A stretch of DNA of 62,903 bases, filler included, from Basidiobolus ranarum (GCA_040143965.1; 56 parts of 56 records of this genome joined end to end with filler, not necessarily neighbours in it); one strand, 5' to 3'. Counted from the whole stretch's first letter, positions 37,218 through 50,586 are shown. The notes: generated by a model from the sequence alone, not told the origin. Numbers and translations are program-made.

Positions 37218-38241
37218 AATCAGATTAGCATATGGTAATACTGACAATTTCACATGGTGCATCATTTCACTACAGGTGTGCTCCATTGGGAACTCCCAGA
37301 AATATAGCAAAGGCCTATAATCTCTAAGCATTGTGAAAGATGCAGCAGGGAATGTGTTGAATACCAGCATAGATTCAGTCTATCTTCTTTAAACCTGTAA
37401 TGAAGTTTTTCATATCCAATTAAAAAATCTTCTCACAGTTGCTGTATCTGCCTGAGATCTGCCAATGTGAGTTGATGCCATAAGAATATATTAACAATAT
37501 CCACAAACAACTCCCAATGTTGCCTATACTTATCAGCCAGAAATCTTTTCAAAGTTCCACTTGAATATATACAAATCCAATACTTCCAGTCTTTGCATTT
37601 GAATAAACACCTTGATGAGCAGATATTGATGGGAGTCCTGGTAAGACATTATGGTATCTTGACGTTTTCAATCATTTTGCCAATTGATTCAATCTTTGAT
37701 CCTATCTTGAATGGCTCATTCATATTGAATTTTCCACTATATAGCTGAGTAAGTAGTGTTGGAATGCTGTTGAATAGTAAGTGCATAGTGCCTCACAGGA
37801 AGCTCTGGCTCCTGCTGATCCCCATTAGCAATATAATTTTAAGCTTACTGCTAATACCAATTTTGATGTTAGACTGACTATTGGTGAATTGATATCAGTG
37901 ATCATATTAAAATTTGACCAGGCTCTTGACAGTAAAACCATGAAGTTTAGTGTTGTAATTCAATAGTAGTAAGGTGTATGTCTGATAGAGTAAACCCCAT
38001 TGATTTGACAAAATTTACAGCAAGATAGTGCATTGTTCCTGCAAAAACCTCCAAGTTTACTGATGGCAGGAGTGTCACCAATGCATACAATGATATTAGC
38101 TTTAATAAAATATTCACCCATCTGAACCCTATTAGATAACCATTCAAATTCTGCAATCAAAGGCTCCAAGCAGCTATCTATAAGCACTGGTGATTTAGGT
38201 CCAGATATGATGGATAGTATCAAAATATTATGACTCTTATA
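37218..38241 (-). mobile_element. CACTA/EnSpm (Transposase_21/tnp2-type) transposase catalytic core, decayed
   Basis: IISGPKSP..ID..LEPLIAE, IGDTPAISK.GG, CCKFC, MHLLFN, FKCKDW..W, H.LLH and FWEFPME. Confidence 0.9.
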
Positions 38242-38341
38242 NNNNNNNNNNNNNNNNNNNNNNNNNNNNNNNNNNNNNNNNNNNNTTAATTAATTAANNN
38301 NNNNNNNNNNNNNNNNNNNNNNNNNNNNNNNNNNNNNNNNN

Positions 38342-38870
38342 ATAGAAGATTAGGCCACATTGGGGAACAAAAACTGACCCAAAAGATCTGAAATCAGCTT
38401 GTTTCAGGCTTGAAAATTGCAAATATCACTAAATTGGATCCGTCTGAAGGTTGCATATATGGAAAGCATCACATGCAGCTATATTCAAGCTCTGGAAAGA
38501 TCAATTCCACTCAGATTTTTGCCCTGGTTTATTCTGACCTAGGTGGGCCCACAAAAAATGTCTCACTGGGTGGTAAAAGGTACTCTATGACCTTTATTGA
38601 TTACAAAACAAGATATACTTGGGCATTCTTTCTCAAAGCAAAATCTGAAGCCTTAGCTACATTCAAGCACTACAATGCAATGGTAGAGAAAGAATCAGCA
38701 CAAAAATAAGGGTACTAAGGGGTGATAATGGTGGAGAATACTGCTCTAAAGACTTTGCTAGTTTTTGCTCTAAACAAGGAATTAAGCAACTAACTACTGT
38801 ACCTTATACTCCACAGCAAAATAGAGTTGCAGAACATGCTAATATGACAATAGTGGAGATGACAAGATCA
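38342..38870 (+). mobile_element. Copia integrase fragment
   Basis: VYSDLGGP, TFIDYKTR, RGDNGGEY and PQQN.VAE. Confidence 0.9.
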
Positions 38871-39088
38871 TGTTTAATATTTCGTCTAACTCTAAATTTG
38901 TATTATGCACATTTCGAAACTTTTATATTTTTTTATATATTTTTTTATATACTTTTTTGTATATTTTAATTTTTATATACACAAAACTGTCAGTTAAAAA
39001 TATTAAAGATCTTTTTATTCAAACATATATTTTTTGTTTAGTTTAACCATTTTATATAAAAACTTTTTTATCATATATGCATCTTTGT

Positions 39089-39364
39089 CTATTCTAGATA
39101 CACTTGCTCGTAGGCATATTCATCTGGGTTTTTAGTACCAATAACAATTGTTATTATTGCCATTACTGTGCTCAACAATGGTACATATGTATGCGTTTTT
39201 AAAGCCAATATAATCCCTGTATAAGTTTGCGATAAATCTCCTATCGCATGTCCAAGTATTTGAAAATATCCTTTCTCAACTCTCAGATTTAACCTGTAAA
39301 ACATTGCTGATATAATTGCTGCAGTAAAATGCAAGACAACAATTGTATACATATATCCAATTAC
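39089..39364 (-). CDS. Hydrophobic, membrane-protein-like ORF 3' end in very AT-rich DNA
   Basis: Open from the contig edge to TAG, with two or three hydrophobic segments. Family not recognised. Confidence 0.4.
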   Translation of the reverse strand, partial: VIGYMYTIVVLHFTAAIISAMFYRLNLRVEKGYFQILGHAIGDLSQTYTGIILALKTHTYVPLLSTVMAIITIVIGTKNPDEYAYEQVYLE

Positions 39365-39464
39365 NNNNNNNNNNNNNNNNNNNNNNNNNNNNNNNNNNNN
39401 NNNNNNNNTTAATTAATTAANNNNNNNNNNNNNNNNNNNNNNNNNNNNNNNNNNNNNNNNNNNN

Positions 39465-40487
39465 CCAAGCCCACCATTGTATTAACATTGCTGAATCAAC
39501 ATTCTCCCAGCTATCTGGTGGATACCCTGCAATATTGTGCCACTCTGTATTAGGTTCTTCCCAGATATCTGCATGGTCAACACCAGACTAAATGTCAAGT
39601 TGAATGTGCTTCTTTTGAAGCCACTTTCTGCATACTTGCACTGCATTTTTCCATTCAAACTTTTGAAAATACTCCTCAAGCACTATGACTATTTTTGTAT
39701 GTCCTTGTAGCATAATACTACTGAGGGTGCTTAGTGGTGTGTCTGTGGCTTTTTGCTTGCCTTTACCTTTAGGGCTAACTTCAACATTGTGAAAAGTACC
39801 AGTAGAGGTTGGAGAGCTGTGAGTTTTATTTGCTGATGTTTTGGCTTGTTGAGAGATGCCAGGTGTTGGATAAACTTCCAAATTTAGCACTCTTCCAAAT
39901 GTTGTACCCGGTTCCATGGTTAAATTAAGCTTTTTTGTTGGTATATCTGACTCTGGAAATGCAGATTTTTGCAATGGTGTGAAGAATTTGGTTAGTGGGA
40001 CAGCAGAGCCTAAGCTTACTGCCTCCTTAGCTTTTCCCTTGAGTTTACTAACTTCCTGCTCCTTCAGTACCTCTTTAGCTGCTTTTCTTTCTTTTCCAAG
40101 TCAATAATTGCATACATTTTTGAGATGATTCATGAATAGGCCTATACTAGCCCAATTGCCATTTGCTTGCAAAAGCCCAGGATAAGACACATGAAATAAG
40201 TCAAGAACCTTCAGAGTAATGCCCGTTTTTTGGTTTTTCCTTGAATGGCTCCAATCCAGGTGATTTTGGGCAAGATTCCACTCAGTTTCCAAAATGTTAA
40301 ACCACTCATTATCAGAGCAAGTGATGGCAGCTCTGACATTAAGAGTCTTTTGATTTGCTGGTTTTCCTATAAGATTTCTACTTTCATGTGCCCAAGCAAT
40401 GTTGGGTTGTTGTGTAGGCCTAATGGTCCAACACATATTCTGCTCTGCTAGATTGGCATAGTGATGTTTATATGTATGGTGTGGCAT
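39465..40487 (-). mobile_element. CACTA ORF2 central to C-terminal fragment
   Basis: EWFNILET...NWASIGLFMNHLKN...CRKWLQKKHIQLDI. Confidence 0.85.
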
Positions 40488-40859
40488 NNNNNNNNNNNNN
40501 NNNNNNNNNNNNNNNNNNNNNNNNNNNNNNNTTAATTAATTAANNNNNNNNNNNNNNNNNNNNNNNNNNNNNNNNNNNNNNNNNNNNTAATTCTCACATA
40601 ATTCACATGTATATAAAATATATGTTCCGATTTGCAGCTAAGTGATATTTGACTAAATAATGTTGACTAACTAATATGTGATATATGAAATAGTTAGGTG
40701 TATAGGGATAACATATATGATAAAGACAATAAACTTCAACAAAAACATGCTTGCAGATATACTAACAAAGCCACTCAAAACTTCAAGCTTTGAGAAGTTA
40801 AGAGCAGGAATATGCATTAGTGAATATATGCACAATGCTGAATAAGAATTATAGGAAGG

Positions 40860-41176
40860 TGTTGGATAATTAATCTTTATTCAATATCATAGTTAACTTT
40901 AGTTATAATACATAAATCAGAAACAGAAAACAACATATCTATAGCCCCCATATTCAAAATAGGAATATCCCTATATCTATATAACAAGTATGTCTTATTA
41001 CCCCCACTTATCTATTATATTTTATTACACAAACTCCTGAATATCTCAGACAATTGATTTACTTTTCTACGATATGAGTCTCCATATACTCTTAAGAATA
41101 AAGCAACTAAAACACACAATCATAAGTTGCTTCTAATACTCAAAGTCTACCCCCATTATGTCAAGATTCTCCAACA
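40860..41176 (+). repeat. Complete 3' Copia LTR, family D (~317 bp)
   Basis: TGTTGGA...TCCAACA, preceded by LADILTKPL RNase H end and purine tract ATAGGAAGG. Confidence 0.85.
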
Positions 41177-41552
41177 ATGTTTTGAGTATTACAATCAATA
41201 AAGTTTACTTCTTTGTCTTGAACTTTCTCTTGTATAAAATGATGTTTTATGTCAATATATTTCATCCTTGAGTGATGCTCAGGATTTTTGGTGATCTGAA
41301 TACAACCAATATTATCTTGATATATTGGGGTAGGATTAACTTGCTTGTATCCTAGTTCCTTGAGAAGAATCCTTAGCCATATAGCTTCTTGAACAGCTAT
41401 AAAGCTTGCCATATATTCTGCTTCTGTGGTTGATAATGTGACAGTTTGTTGTTTCTTGCTAATCCAGCTTATTGGCCCACCTGCTAGCTTGAACACATAT
41501 CCAGTTCTGGATTTACAGTCTTCTGTATGGTCAGCCCAGTCTGCATCAGGTA
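41177..41552 (-). mobile_element. Copia RNase H fragment
   Basis: [29 protein letters not shown] and [10 protein letters not shown]. Confidence 0.95.
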
Positions 41553-41710
41553 TAAGAAAGGAAAATTTGGGCATTCGTGATTTTATTATTTTTGTAACTC
41601 GTAATTCTAGNNNNNNNNNNNNNNNNNNNNNNNNNNNNNNNNNNNNNNNNNNNNTTAATTAATTAANNNNNNNNNNNNNNNNNNNNNNNNNNNNNNNNNN
41701 NNNNNNNNNN

Positions 41711-42622
41711 AGCCACATGTAGCATATTTTACAGTGTCTAACAGATGTCCCCAGAGATGCCCCCAAGATCCACTTCAATTTCTCTCACTCCCAGAGCTGC
41801 AAGTGGCTGGTCATCTCCCATATAAACCTTCTTACCTATGTCAGTTTTAATTTTCTTAAACCAGTTTTTTTTGATTAGAGAAATGTTGAAAGGCTCCAGA
41901 ATCAATATACAGCAACCTACAATGTTGGTCAGAGGTCACTGATAGGGTGGAAATGAATAAAACTTCCTCTTTGGTTGAAACCTGATTTGTTTGTTCTGAC
42001 TTCTCATTATTACTGCAATTTCTTGATTTGCAATCTTTTATCTGGTATTCTGGTTTGTTACAACCATAGCATAAGCCTGGTTTCCTTCTTTTGCAACCTT
42101 TGTTCTTGCCAAAGCCAGGTTTTCCAGCTCCAAAAAGAGCCAATTCCCCAGATTCTTCTTCCAAACTCTTACTTCTGAGGTGTTGATCATTTAGCCTTGC
42201 CACCACAAATTCTAGAGATAACTTGTCAGATCTTGCTTCCAAAGCTGTGACCAAGTTTAAATACTGTTCTAGTAGACTACTTAGAAGAGTATTAACAACA
42301 TCTTCTTCCTGTAAGGTTGCACCAATATTTTCCAGTCATTTTGCAAAATATTGCATATTTGCAATATGAGTAACCATGCTTTCAGACTTTTTCATCTCTA
42401 TATTGAAGAATTTTTGTCTGAGAAAGCGTCTATTAGCAAGACCCTTTGCTTCATAACACTCTTCCTATACAGTCCAAGCTTGATTGGAAGTCTTTGCATA
42501 TTGAATATTCACGAGTTGTGAATCTTTCAAACTTTGACAAATGGCATTAAAGGCCTTCTTGTCTCTTTTCATGTTAGCTTCCAGTGAAGAAAGGGTCAGA
42601 AGGTTCCTTTTGATCTCCAGAG
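41711..42622 (-). mobile_element. Copia gag-protease fragment
   Basis: CYGCNKP knuckle, YIDSGAFQH. Confidence 0.9.
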
Positions 42623-42833
42623 GTATGATGAGCGAATCATCACCTGAATTTTACTCATCTTGATGTTTTAGTAATAGACTGGGTGATACAGAGCTATCGC
42701 ACCATCCTTGTTTGTTCTCTATGAATTAGCTACNNNNNNNNNNNNNNNNNNNNNNNNNNNNNNNNNNNNNNNNNNNNTTAATTAATTAANNNNNNNNNNN
42801 NNNNNNNNNNNNNNNNNNNNNNNNNNNNNNNNN

Positions 42834-43856
42834 TATTTGCAAATCCATATCTTGTCCAAAACACTTCCAAATCCCCTAAACACTTTTATCGGGTTATGGA
42901 CCCCAAGCTAGTTGTTAAAGGAATGTCTACCAGTACTATTACCAGTGTCTTAGCATCCACAGAGAAGTTTGATAGTGAAGACTTTTGCCTTTGTAAGTTC
43001 AAGATGCAAATGGTGCTAGAAGACAAGGACCTTTGAGGATCTGTTACAGGAGAAGCAATAGAGCCAAAAAGACCACCAGAAGCTATCCTTGCCTTTCTCA
43101 AGAAGCAGGGGAAAGCACTCTCTACACTTTGTCTACATGTCAGAGATTCTCAATGGAGGCACATATAATCAGCTAAAAACATCAAAATTGCTTGGGAAAC
43201 ACTTGAGAGACTAAATGAGACTAAAAGTCTGGCTAATAGGCTATATCTTGTGTGAAAATTATTCTCAATGCAGATGAATACTGATGATTCTATGCACAAG
43301 CATAAATATCGGATAAAAACTATGGCTGATCAGCTCTCATCCATTGGAGCACCTCTAAACAAAGATAACTTAGTCATGACACTGCTTGGGAGCCTGCCAG
43401 ACAAGTTTGCAAACCTCATAATTGCCCTGGAATCAACATCAGTGCTATCAACTACAGAACATGTTGGTGCTAGGTTTTTGAATGAAAAATAAAGGAGATC
43501 TATTTCTCAGCAAAATATTGCCAAACAGGCATTTTTTGGAGCTGTAAAACCTCCCACAGGCTTCAATAATGGTGCTCCTGTTAGGAAATTAAACATCTGC
43601 AAGTATAGCTAGAAACCAGGCCATTCAATCAATGATTGCAGAAAAAGGATTTTTGCTGAAATGCTAAAATCAGAACAAGCAAATCAAGTAAGCACTGATA
43701 GAGATCATCTAATTGTGTCTGCCCTATCAGTAACCACTAAAGAAGACTCAATAACATGGTACATTGATTCAGGAGCTTCCCAGCATATGACAAACAGGAA
43801 AGATTGGTTTTCCAGCTTAAAACCAATCCAAACACAAAAACTCTACTTAGTTGACA
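42834..43856 (+). mobile_element. Copia family B LTR end, primer site, gag and protease
   Basis: GGTTATGGACCCC at 42892; MSTSTITS..EKFD, LLGSLPDKF and WYIDSGASQHMT. Confidence 0.92.
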
Positions 43857-43956
43857 NNNNNNNNNNNNNNNNNNNNNNNNNNNNNNNNNNNNNNNNNNNN
43901 TTAATTAATTAANNNNNNNNNNNNNNNNNNNNNNNNNNNNNNNNNNNNNNNNNNNN

Positions 43957-44978
43957 AGGAACACATCTGGTAAATTGATTAATGCTTCATCATCACTTGA
44001 GTTAGTTTCCAGCAGGTTAATGCCTTCCAGAGTGGACAGTGGATTACTAGACTGCTCATCAATTAAGTCCTCTGTTCTTGCTAGTATTGTTGCTTTTGTG
44101 CCAGCAGGCTTTGGCTTGGAAGCCAATTTGGATTTATATTTTGGACACTTTTGAATGGCATTGATATTTTCAGATGGTAAACTTGGTGTAATGAAGTTGC
44201 TTAGAAACAGCTTATAATAAATCAAAATTGCCATCCATTACCGGAAATATTTTGTAAATCCCCTGATGACTCACCTGTGACACTATCTCAGAATCAGTTG
44301 ATGATTTTGATGGGCTATATGTAAAATACCTTCCTTACATGGAAGGTGTTCTTTTTCCACAGTATCCTTCTCATGCCACAACACAAACAATTAAAGAAGC
44401 CCTGCTATTATTGTCTCAATTTCTTGTGCTATGAAAGCCAGAGGTTTCATAGAAAATGTAATCACAAGCACAGTCACTGTACAAAGCCATCAGCTGCACA
44501 GAGCCTGGTGTATAACAACAGTAATAAGTGCACTGAATCAACTTTAGTTTTCCCATTGCATCCACCAACTGTACATTGCCTCAAAGTTTTTGTAACATTG
44601 CCCAAAGTCAAGATACCATGGAGTTACCACAGTTATATGACCAGAATGATGTAGTTAGATATGCAACTTTGGTCAAACCAGTAAGTCCAGACAACTTTGA
44701 GGACTTGCTGCTAGATGTTGACCTTGGTTATTCCAGTACTGATGGTAGTATATCAGAAGATGAAGAAGACAATGGTTTTGTTACAGACTCTTTGTTATTG
44801 GCAAACATTAGTCCACTCATAACACTTACTGTAAAGGAAGCATCTTTGATTATTGAGGAGTGGAGAGTTCAATCCAATCTTAGCAACCAGGTGTTTATTG
44901 GTTTTCTTACACTTTTACCACAGTTGACTGGCAACTGTTGCTTGCCACAGACCTGGTACAAGTGGAAATCACTTGTCA
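43957..44978. mobile_element. CACTA centre: ORF2 start (44161, -) and transposase N-terminus (44373, +)
   Basis: Divergent ATGs 211 bp apart. MPQHKQLKKPCYYC...EWRVQSNLSNQVF..LL...LPQTW. Confidence 0.85.
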
Positions 44979-45078
44979 NNNNNNNNNNNNNNNNNNNNNN
45001 NNNNNNNNNNNNNNNNNNNNNNTTAATTAATTAANNNNNNNNNNNNNNNNNNNNNNNNNNNNNNNNNNNNNNNNNNNN

Positions 45079-46100
45079 CACTAAACCCAATTAGATCCTT
45101 ATTCTCATAAGAATAAGTGTATCTCAATCACTGCTCAATTTTCCCCTTCCAATATCTGAAAATCTGCTTAACTGCTGTGCAAAGCTCAGATCCTGGGTGT
45201 TGCACATGTTGGCTGACTACTCCCACTTCAAAAGAGATATCCGGATGTGTCCAAGCCATACTATAGATCAAACTGCCCACAAGAGATTGATAAGGGAAAT
45301 CAGGGCTTTCAAATGACATATTTTGAGCCATATTTGGCCAATTTTCATCATATTTGATAGGATTTTTGACTAGTTTTGCACCTGAATCCATGGGAGTTGT
45401 TACCAGATTACAATTCTCCATCCTGTAACATCTGACAATGTCTGAAATGTATTTGGATTGACTCAGAGTGATAAATTCACTCAATATATTTGTATGGATC
45501 TGCATGCCAAAAAAATACATCTAAATGAGTCATCTTGAATTGGATTGATAGATCTCTTTTGGTGTTCCAGAGCACTTCATCATTATTGGTAGCTGTAATC
45601 AGATATACTATATATATAACACAAATATCACCTTACTGTCCTTATCTGTCTTAAAGTAGATCACAATACTTGCCATACTATTTTGGAAATCAAGTGATTC
45701 CAAGTATGTGTCTATCTTAGTGTACCAGGCCCTAGGCAATTTTTTAAGTCCATAAAGTAGTATTTGTAGCTTACACACACCCTCAGGGTGCTCAGAATCC
45801 ACAAAGCCATCTGGTTGATCCATGAATATATCCTCTTCCAAGTCCCCATTCAAAAAAGCAGTTTTAGCATTGATTTGTTAGATTTTTATGCTCTATTTTG
45901 CTGTTACTGCTAGTATAGTTCTGAAGAATTAAACTTTGCTACAGGTGCAAGTGTTTCAATGTAGTCCACTCCTTCAATTTGAGAGTATCCTTTAGCCACA
46001 AGTCTGGCTTTATATCTTTCTAATGATCCTTCAGCTTGGTGGTTAACTTTAAATACCCATTTTCATCCAATTGATTTGTGATCATCATATAACTTGATAA
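45079..46100 (-). mobile_element. Copia reverse transcriptase fragment
   Basis: [20 protein letters not shown] and YGLKK.PRAW. Confidence 0.93.
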
Positions 46101-46200
46101 NNNNNNNNNNNNNNNNNNNNNNNNNNNNNNNNNNNNNNNNNNNNTTAATTAATTAANNNNNNNNNNNNNNNNNNNNNNNNNNNNNNNNNNNNNNNNNNNN

Positions 46201-47222
46201 ACCTCCAGAATAGTGCTGATTGTATTTTCTGGATCATGAACTGTGATTTGAGGTGAAAAATTTGCTTTTTCATCAAAAAGCACATCTCTGCTCTTGATTA
46301 ACTTCTAATTTTTTGGTATCAGACAGTCTGTAGGCCTTTGATCCATCACAATAACCAAGAAATATGCATTTTTTGCTTTGGGGTTCCAATTTTGAGCATT
46401 TTTGAGCAGGAATTAGGCAATATGCCATGCAACCAAAGACCCTGAGATTATCCACTCTTGGTTTTGATCCATATAGAGCTTCAAATGGAGTAGAATCATG
46501 TAGCAGTCTTGTTGGGCATCAGCTTTTGATATAGACTGAATGGAGACAGATTCAGCCCAATATTAGTAATCTATCTTTTGATCATGTAACATTGATCTTG
46601 CCATCTCCGCTATGGTCCTATTAGCATGTTCTGTTACTCCATTTGCTGTGGAGTATAAGGTACAGCAGTTTGTTGCTGACTTCCATGTTTAGAGCAAAAA
46701 CTAGTAAGTCTTTAGAGCAGTATTCAACACCATTATAACTCCTTTGTATTCTTATTTTTTCTGCTGATTCTTTCTCTACCATTGCTTTGTAGTGCTTGGA
46801 TGTAGCAAAGGCTTCAGATTTTGATTTGAGAAAGAATACCTAAGTATATCTTGTTTTGTCTTCAATAAAGGTCATAAAGTACCTTTTCCCCCTCAATAAG
46901 AAGTTTTTCATAGGCCCACATAGGTCAGAATGAATCAGGGAGATATTCTGAGTGGATTTGGTCTCTCCAGAGCTTGAAAATGGCTGTTGCTGATGTTTTC
47001 TATATAAGAAGCCTTCACACAGATCCAATTTAGTGATAATTCCTATTTCCAAGCCTGAAACAAGCTAATTTTGGATCATTTGGGTCAGTTTTTGTTCCTC
47101 AATATAGCCTATTATTCTATGCCACATTTGACAACTAATATACCAGCTTTGGCCAAGTTTGCATGCTCAGAATGCATTTTGTTGATTTCTAGCTTGTATA
47201 AGTTTTGAGTTTTGATCCCAGT
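46201..47222 (-). mobile_element. Copia integrase fragment
   Basis: IHSDLCGP, LRVFGC and KCIFLGY...KAYR. Confidence 0.93.
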
Positions 47223-47322
47223 NNNNNNNNNNNNNNNNNNNNNNNNNNNNNNNNNNNNNNNNNNNNTTAATTAATTAANNNNNNNNNNNNNNNNNNNNNN
47301 NNNNNNNNNNNNNNNNNNNNNN

Positions 47323-47924
47323 AGAAGATGTCTTGAAAGTGGGGGAGCTGGTAAAGAAATCTTGTTTTGCAGACACGTTGGAGGAAATAGCTATGAATGG
47401 ACCTGATGCATTCTATAGGGAAAAAATTGGCAATTTCATTGTGAGTATGATTCAAAATGCTGGTGAGATCATTGCTGTGGATGATCTTAGCTAGTACCAA
47501 GCAGTATCGAAGCCTCCACCTGTAGGCTACTATCAAGGTTACAAAGTGATTGCTGCACCGCCACCTGCAAGTAGCTCAGTTGGTCTTTCAGTGCTGAATA
47601 CTCTAGAAGGAATCGAGTGATGGGATCCTGATTTCATCACTACAACAGCCCACCAACACAACAGCCAAGATTTCTTAGATGTTATCAAAGGATCAAGGAG
47701 CTCTAAGACGGCATAACATCTCAGACACAAGAACTTTTCCAGTTGAATATTACCAAGCAAGTTACCGGCATAAAGATACTCCAGGCACTACTCATTTGTC
47801 AACCATGGATAAAGAAGGCGGAATATCAATCTTGAATTTGGAACTACATCATGAAATTGGTATCGTTTTCAGTAATGACATGGATGATTTTTCCTCACCG
47901 AGATTGGTGAATGCGACTGGATAA
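47323..47924 (+). pseudogene. Gamma-glutamyltranspeptidase pseudogene
   Basis: GPDAFY, YQGYKVIAAPPPASS, catalytic-Thr motif GTTHLS and NDMDDFSSP. Frameshift, stop and internal deletions. Confidence 0.8.
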
Positions 47925-47946
47925 CGTTAAAAGCTGAAAGAATCAA

Positions 47947-48030
47947 GGATAGCATTACTAGGATAGCATCACTAGGTTAGCATTACTAGGTTAGTATTAC
48001 AAGGTTAGCATTACTAGGTTAGCATTATTC
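47947..48030 (+). repeat. Minisatellite, 6 x 14 bp (GGWTAGCATTACTA)
   Basis: Six adjacent near-identical units read directly. Confidence 0.92.
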
Positions 48031-48120
48031 GTGATGAAGTGCCTTTTAACTGTGTGATAATTGGATTTAAAATACAAGTTGAGTCGAAGAAGAAACTGAA
48101 GTAGCGGTGAAAATAGACTA

Positions 48121-48156
48121 TTGTTACCCTAATAGTTACCCAAATAGTTACCTAAA
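48121..48156 (+). repeat. Short tandem repeat, 3 x 12 bp (TAGTTACCYAAA-like)
   Basis: ttgttaccctaa tagttacccaaa tagttacctaaa. Confidence 0.75.
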
Positions 48157-48444
48157 TATTTCAATACTTAGAAATATGTGAAGATACTTCAACCAATCAT
48201 ATCTGCCAAGAGTTGTGTCAAGATCTAATACACTTTACATAGGTAATTGGGTTACTCGCATGACAGCATAGAATGCTCATATTTGCATGAATAGAGGAAA
48301 GCTGCGTCAACAATATGAAAAAGAAATATGATCGTCAAACAAATNNNNNNNNNNNNNNNNNNNNNNNNNNNNNNNNNNNNNNNNNNNNTTAATTAATTAA
48401 NNNNNNNNNNNNNNNNNNNNNNNNNNNNNNNNNNNNNNNNNNNN

Positions 48445-49465
48445 GCTAGATTGTCATGGTTACATTCATATGTATGGTGTGGGATTGATTGAAATCCCAT
48501 ATGAGAATGGACAGAGGGAGCAGCATGTTGCTATAGCTTGAGTACAGCATTCTGAAGATCTTGTATTATTGTTGAGTGACTCTCTAACTGTTGACTAGTT
48601 GCTTCCAAATGCTGCATTAATTGTAATATTGCGACATTATTGCTTTTCATGGCCTGTATAGCAACTTCATAGTTTCTACTTATGATTGCATACAAATCAT
48701 TGCTGTGTTCTGCCTGCAATTCCTTTATTGTACTAATTCTATCCAAATTTTCTATGGAGGGTTGTTCAATAGTGGGCAAAGAAGCCATTTTGGAAGTTGA
48801 TGGTCTTGACAGTGTTTTGGTTGAACTTTGCTCAACTATTGATTTACTACGTAACTGGGGGATTACAATCTCTGCACTTGCACTACTGCTGGAAAGGAAC
48901 ACATCTGGTAAGTTGATTAATGCTTCATCATTACTTGAGTTAGTTTCCGGCATGTTAATGCCTTCCAAAGTGGATAGTGGATCACTAGACTGCTCATCAA
49001 TTAAGTCCTCTGTTATTGCTGGTTTTTTTCCTTTTGTGCCACCAGGCTTTGGCTTGGAAGCCAATGTTGACTTAGATTTTGAATGCTTTTGAATGGCATT
49101 GAGATTTTCAGATGGTAAACCTGATGTAATGAAATTGCTTACAAACAGCTTATAATAAACCAATATTGTCATCCATTACCGGAAATATCTTGTATATCCC
49201 CTGATGACTCATCTGTGTCACTGTCTCAGAATCCACTGATGATATTGATGGGCTGTTCCTAAAATACCACCCATATGTGAGAGGTGTTCTTTTTTCTACA
49301 ATATCCTTCTCATGCCGCAACACAAACATTAAGAGAAGCCCTGCTATTATTGTTGCAAATTCTTGTGCTATGAGAGCCAAAAGCTTCATAGAAAAAATAC
49401 TCACAAGCACAGTCACTGTACAAAGCCACCAGCTGCACAAAACCTGGTGTATAACAACACTAATA
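48445..49465. mobile_element. CACTA centre: ORF2 N-terminus (49099, -) and transposase start (49312, +)
   Basis: Same head-to-head layout with a 212-bp spacer. Confidence 0.85.
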
Positions 49466-49565
49466 NNNNNNNNNNNNNNNNNNNNNNNNNNNNNNNNNNN
49501 NNNNNNNNNTTAATTAATTAANNNNNNNNNNNNNNNNNNNNNNNNNNNNNNNNNNNNNNNNNNNN

Positions 49566-50586
49566 TCTGGCATTTATCCAATGTTAAAATTAGAATTGCC
49601 TAAGCACCTATATGGTCAAGTATAGCTTTGTATTTAGTTACCCTACACTTCATTAAGGTATTACCCATTATTCTCCATTGGAATTTATTTTGGATAGCCT
49701 GACAAACTATATATATTTTAATGTTCCAAAGTGAGCAAACCTAACTTTCAACAGTCACACTAATGCAATGAGAATAATGGTGTTCCCAAGCTCCTATATC
49801 CAATATAATATACCTAGCTATCCTAAATTGGCATACATAATGTATAGAAGTTGAGTGGATTTTCAGATGTTTGAAAAGTACTGTGGAGTGGTACTCAGAG
49901 TACACATATTCTGGGTCAAATTTTAATCTGATGGGATATTCAGATACAAGTTGAGGAAGGGATATTGAAGATAGTACTGAAATAAGCATTGCCTAAACAC
50001 CTATGTAGTCATATATAGCTTTGTACTTAGTTATCTTATATTGAACTAAGATATTATCCATTATTCTTGATTGGAATTCACTCAGAATATTGACACCAAC
50101 TTAGAAGTTCTCAGATATACAGATTTTTCAAACTTGTGCTAGAAACCCCAAAATTTGCACACATGTTTTGGAGACCCTCCTAAATACACTCAAGATGTCA
50201 CTTTGCTTACATCTTGACAAATCTATAAATGTCAATTTTCAGCTCAATCCATCCACAAGTGAATAACCACCAATTTCTCTAATTTTCCAAACCATTTCCT
50301 GTTGAAGTTTATTGTCTTTATCATATTTATGATCTCTATCTTTATACACCTAACTATTTCATATATCACATACAAGTTAGTTAACATTACTTAGTCAAAT
50401 ATCACTTAGCTGAAAATCGGAACATATAGTATATATATATATGAATAATGTGAGAATTAGCAATTCCATATTGGCAATTTCAAACTCGTCCAAATTGCCC
50501 CAAAAATAGCTCATTTTACTCCCACAGATGTTCTGAACACAACCCCAGTGTTAGTTTTCTGTATTTCCACCAAAAAGTATAAATGC
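49566..50586 (+). repeat. Nested Copia LTR-A and LTR-C fragments with a short RT/RNase H remnant
   Basis: LTR-A-like starts at ~49582 and ~49977, LTR-C starts at ~50300; LMGYSD remnant at ~49930. Confidence 0.75.

Noticed and set aside
39465-40487. CACTA ORF2 as a Fanzor/TnpB cargo gene
   Set aside because: No RuvC (DPG, GDWS, DE..TS, RD) or CxxC motifs were seen in any ORF2 fragment.
47947-48030. 14-bp array as a CRISPR or telomere
   Set aside because: It has no spacers, lies internal to the contig and is in a eukaryotic context.
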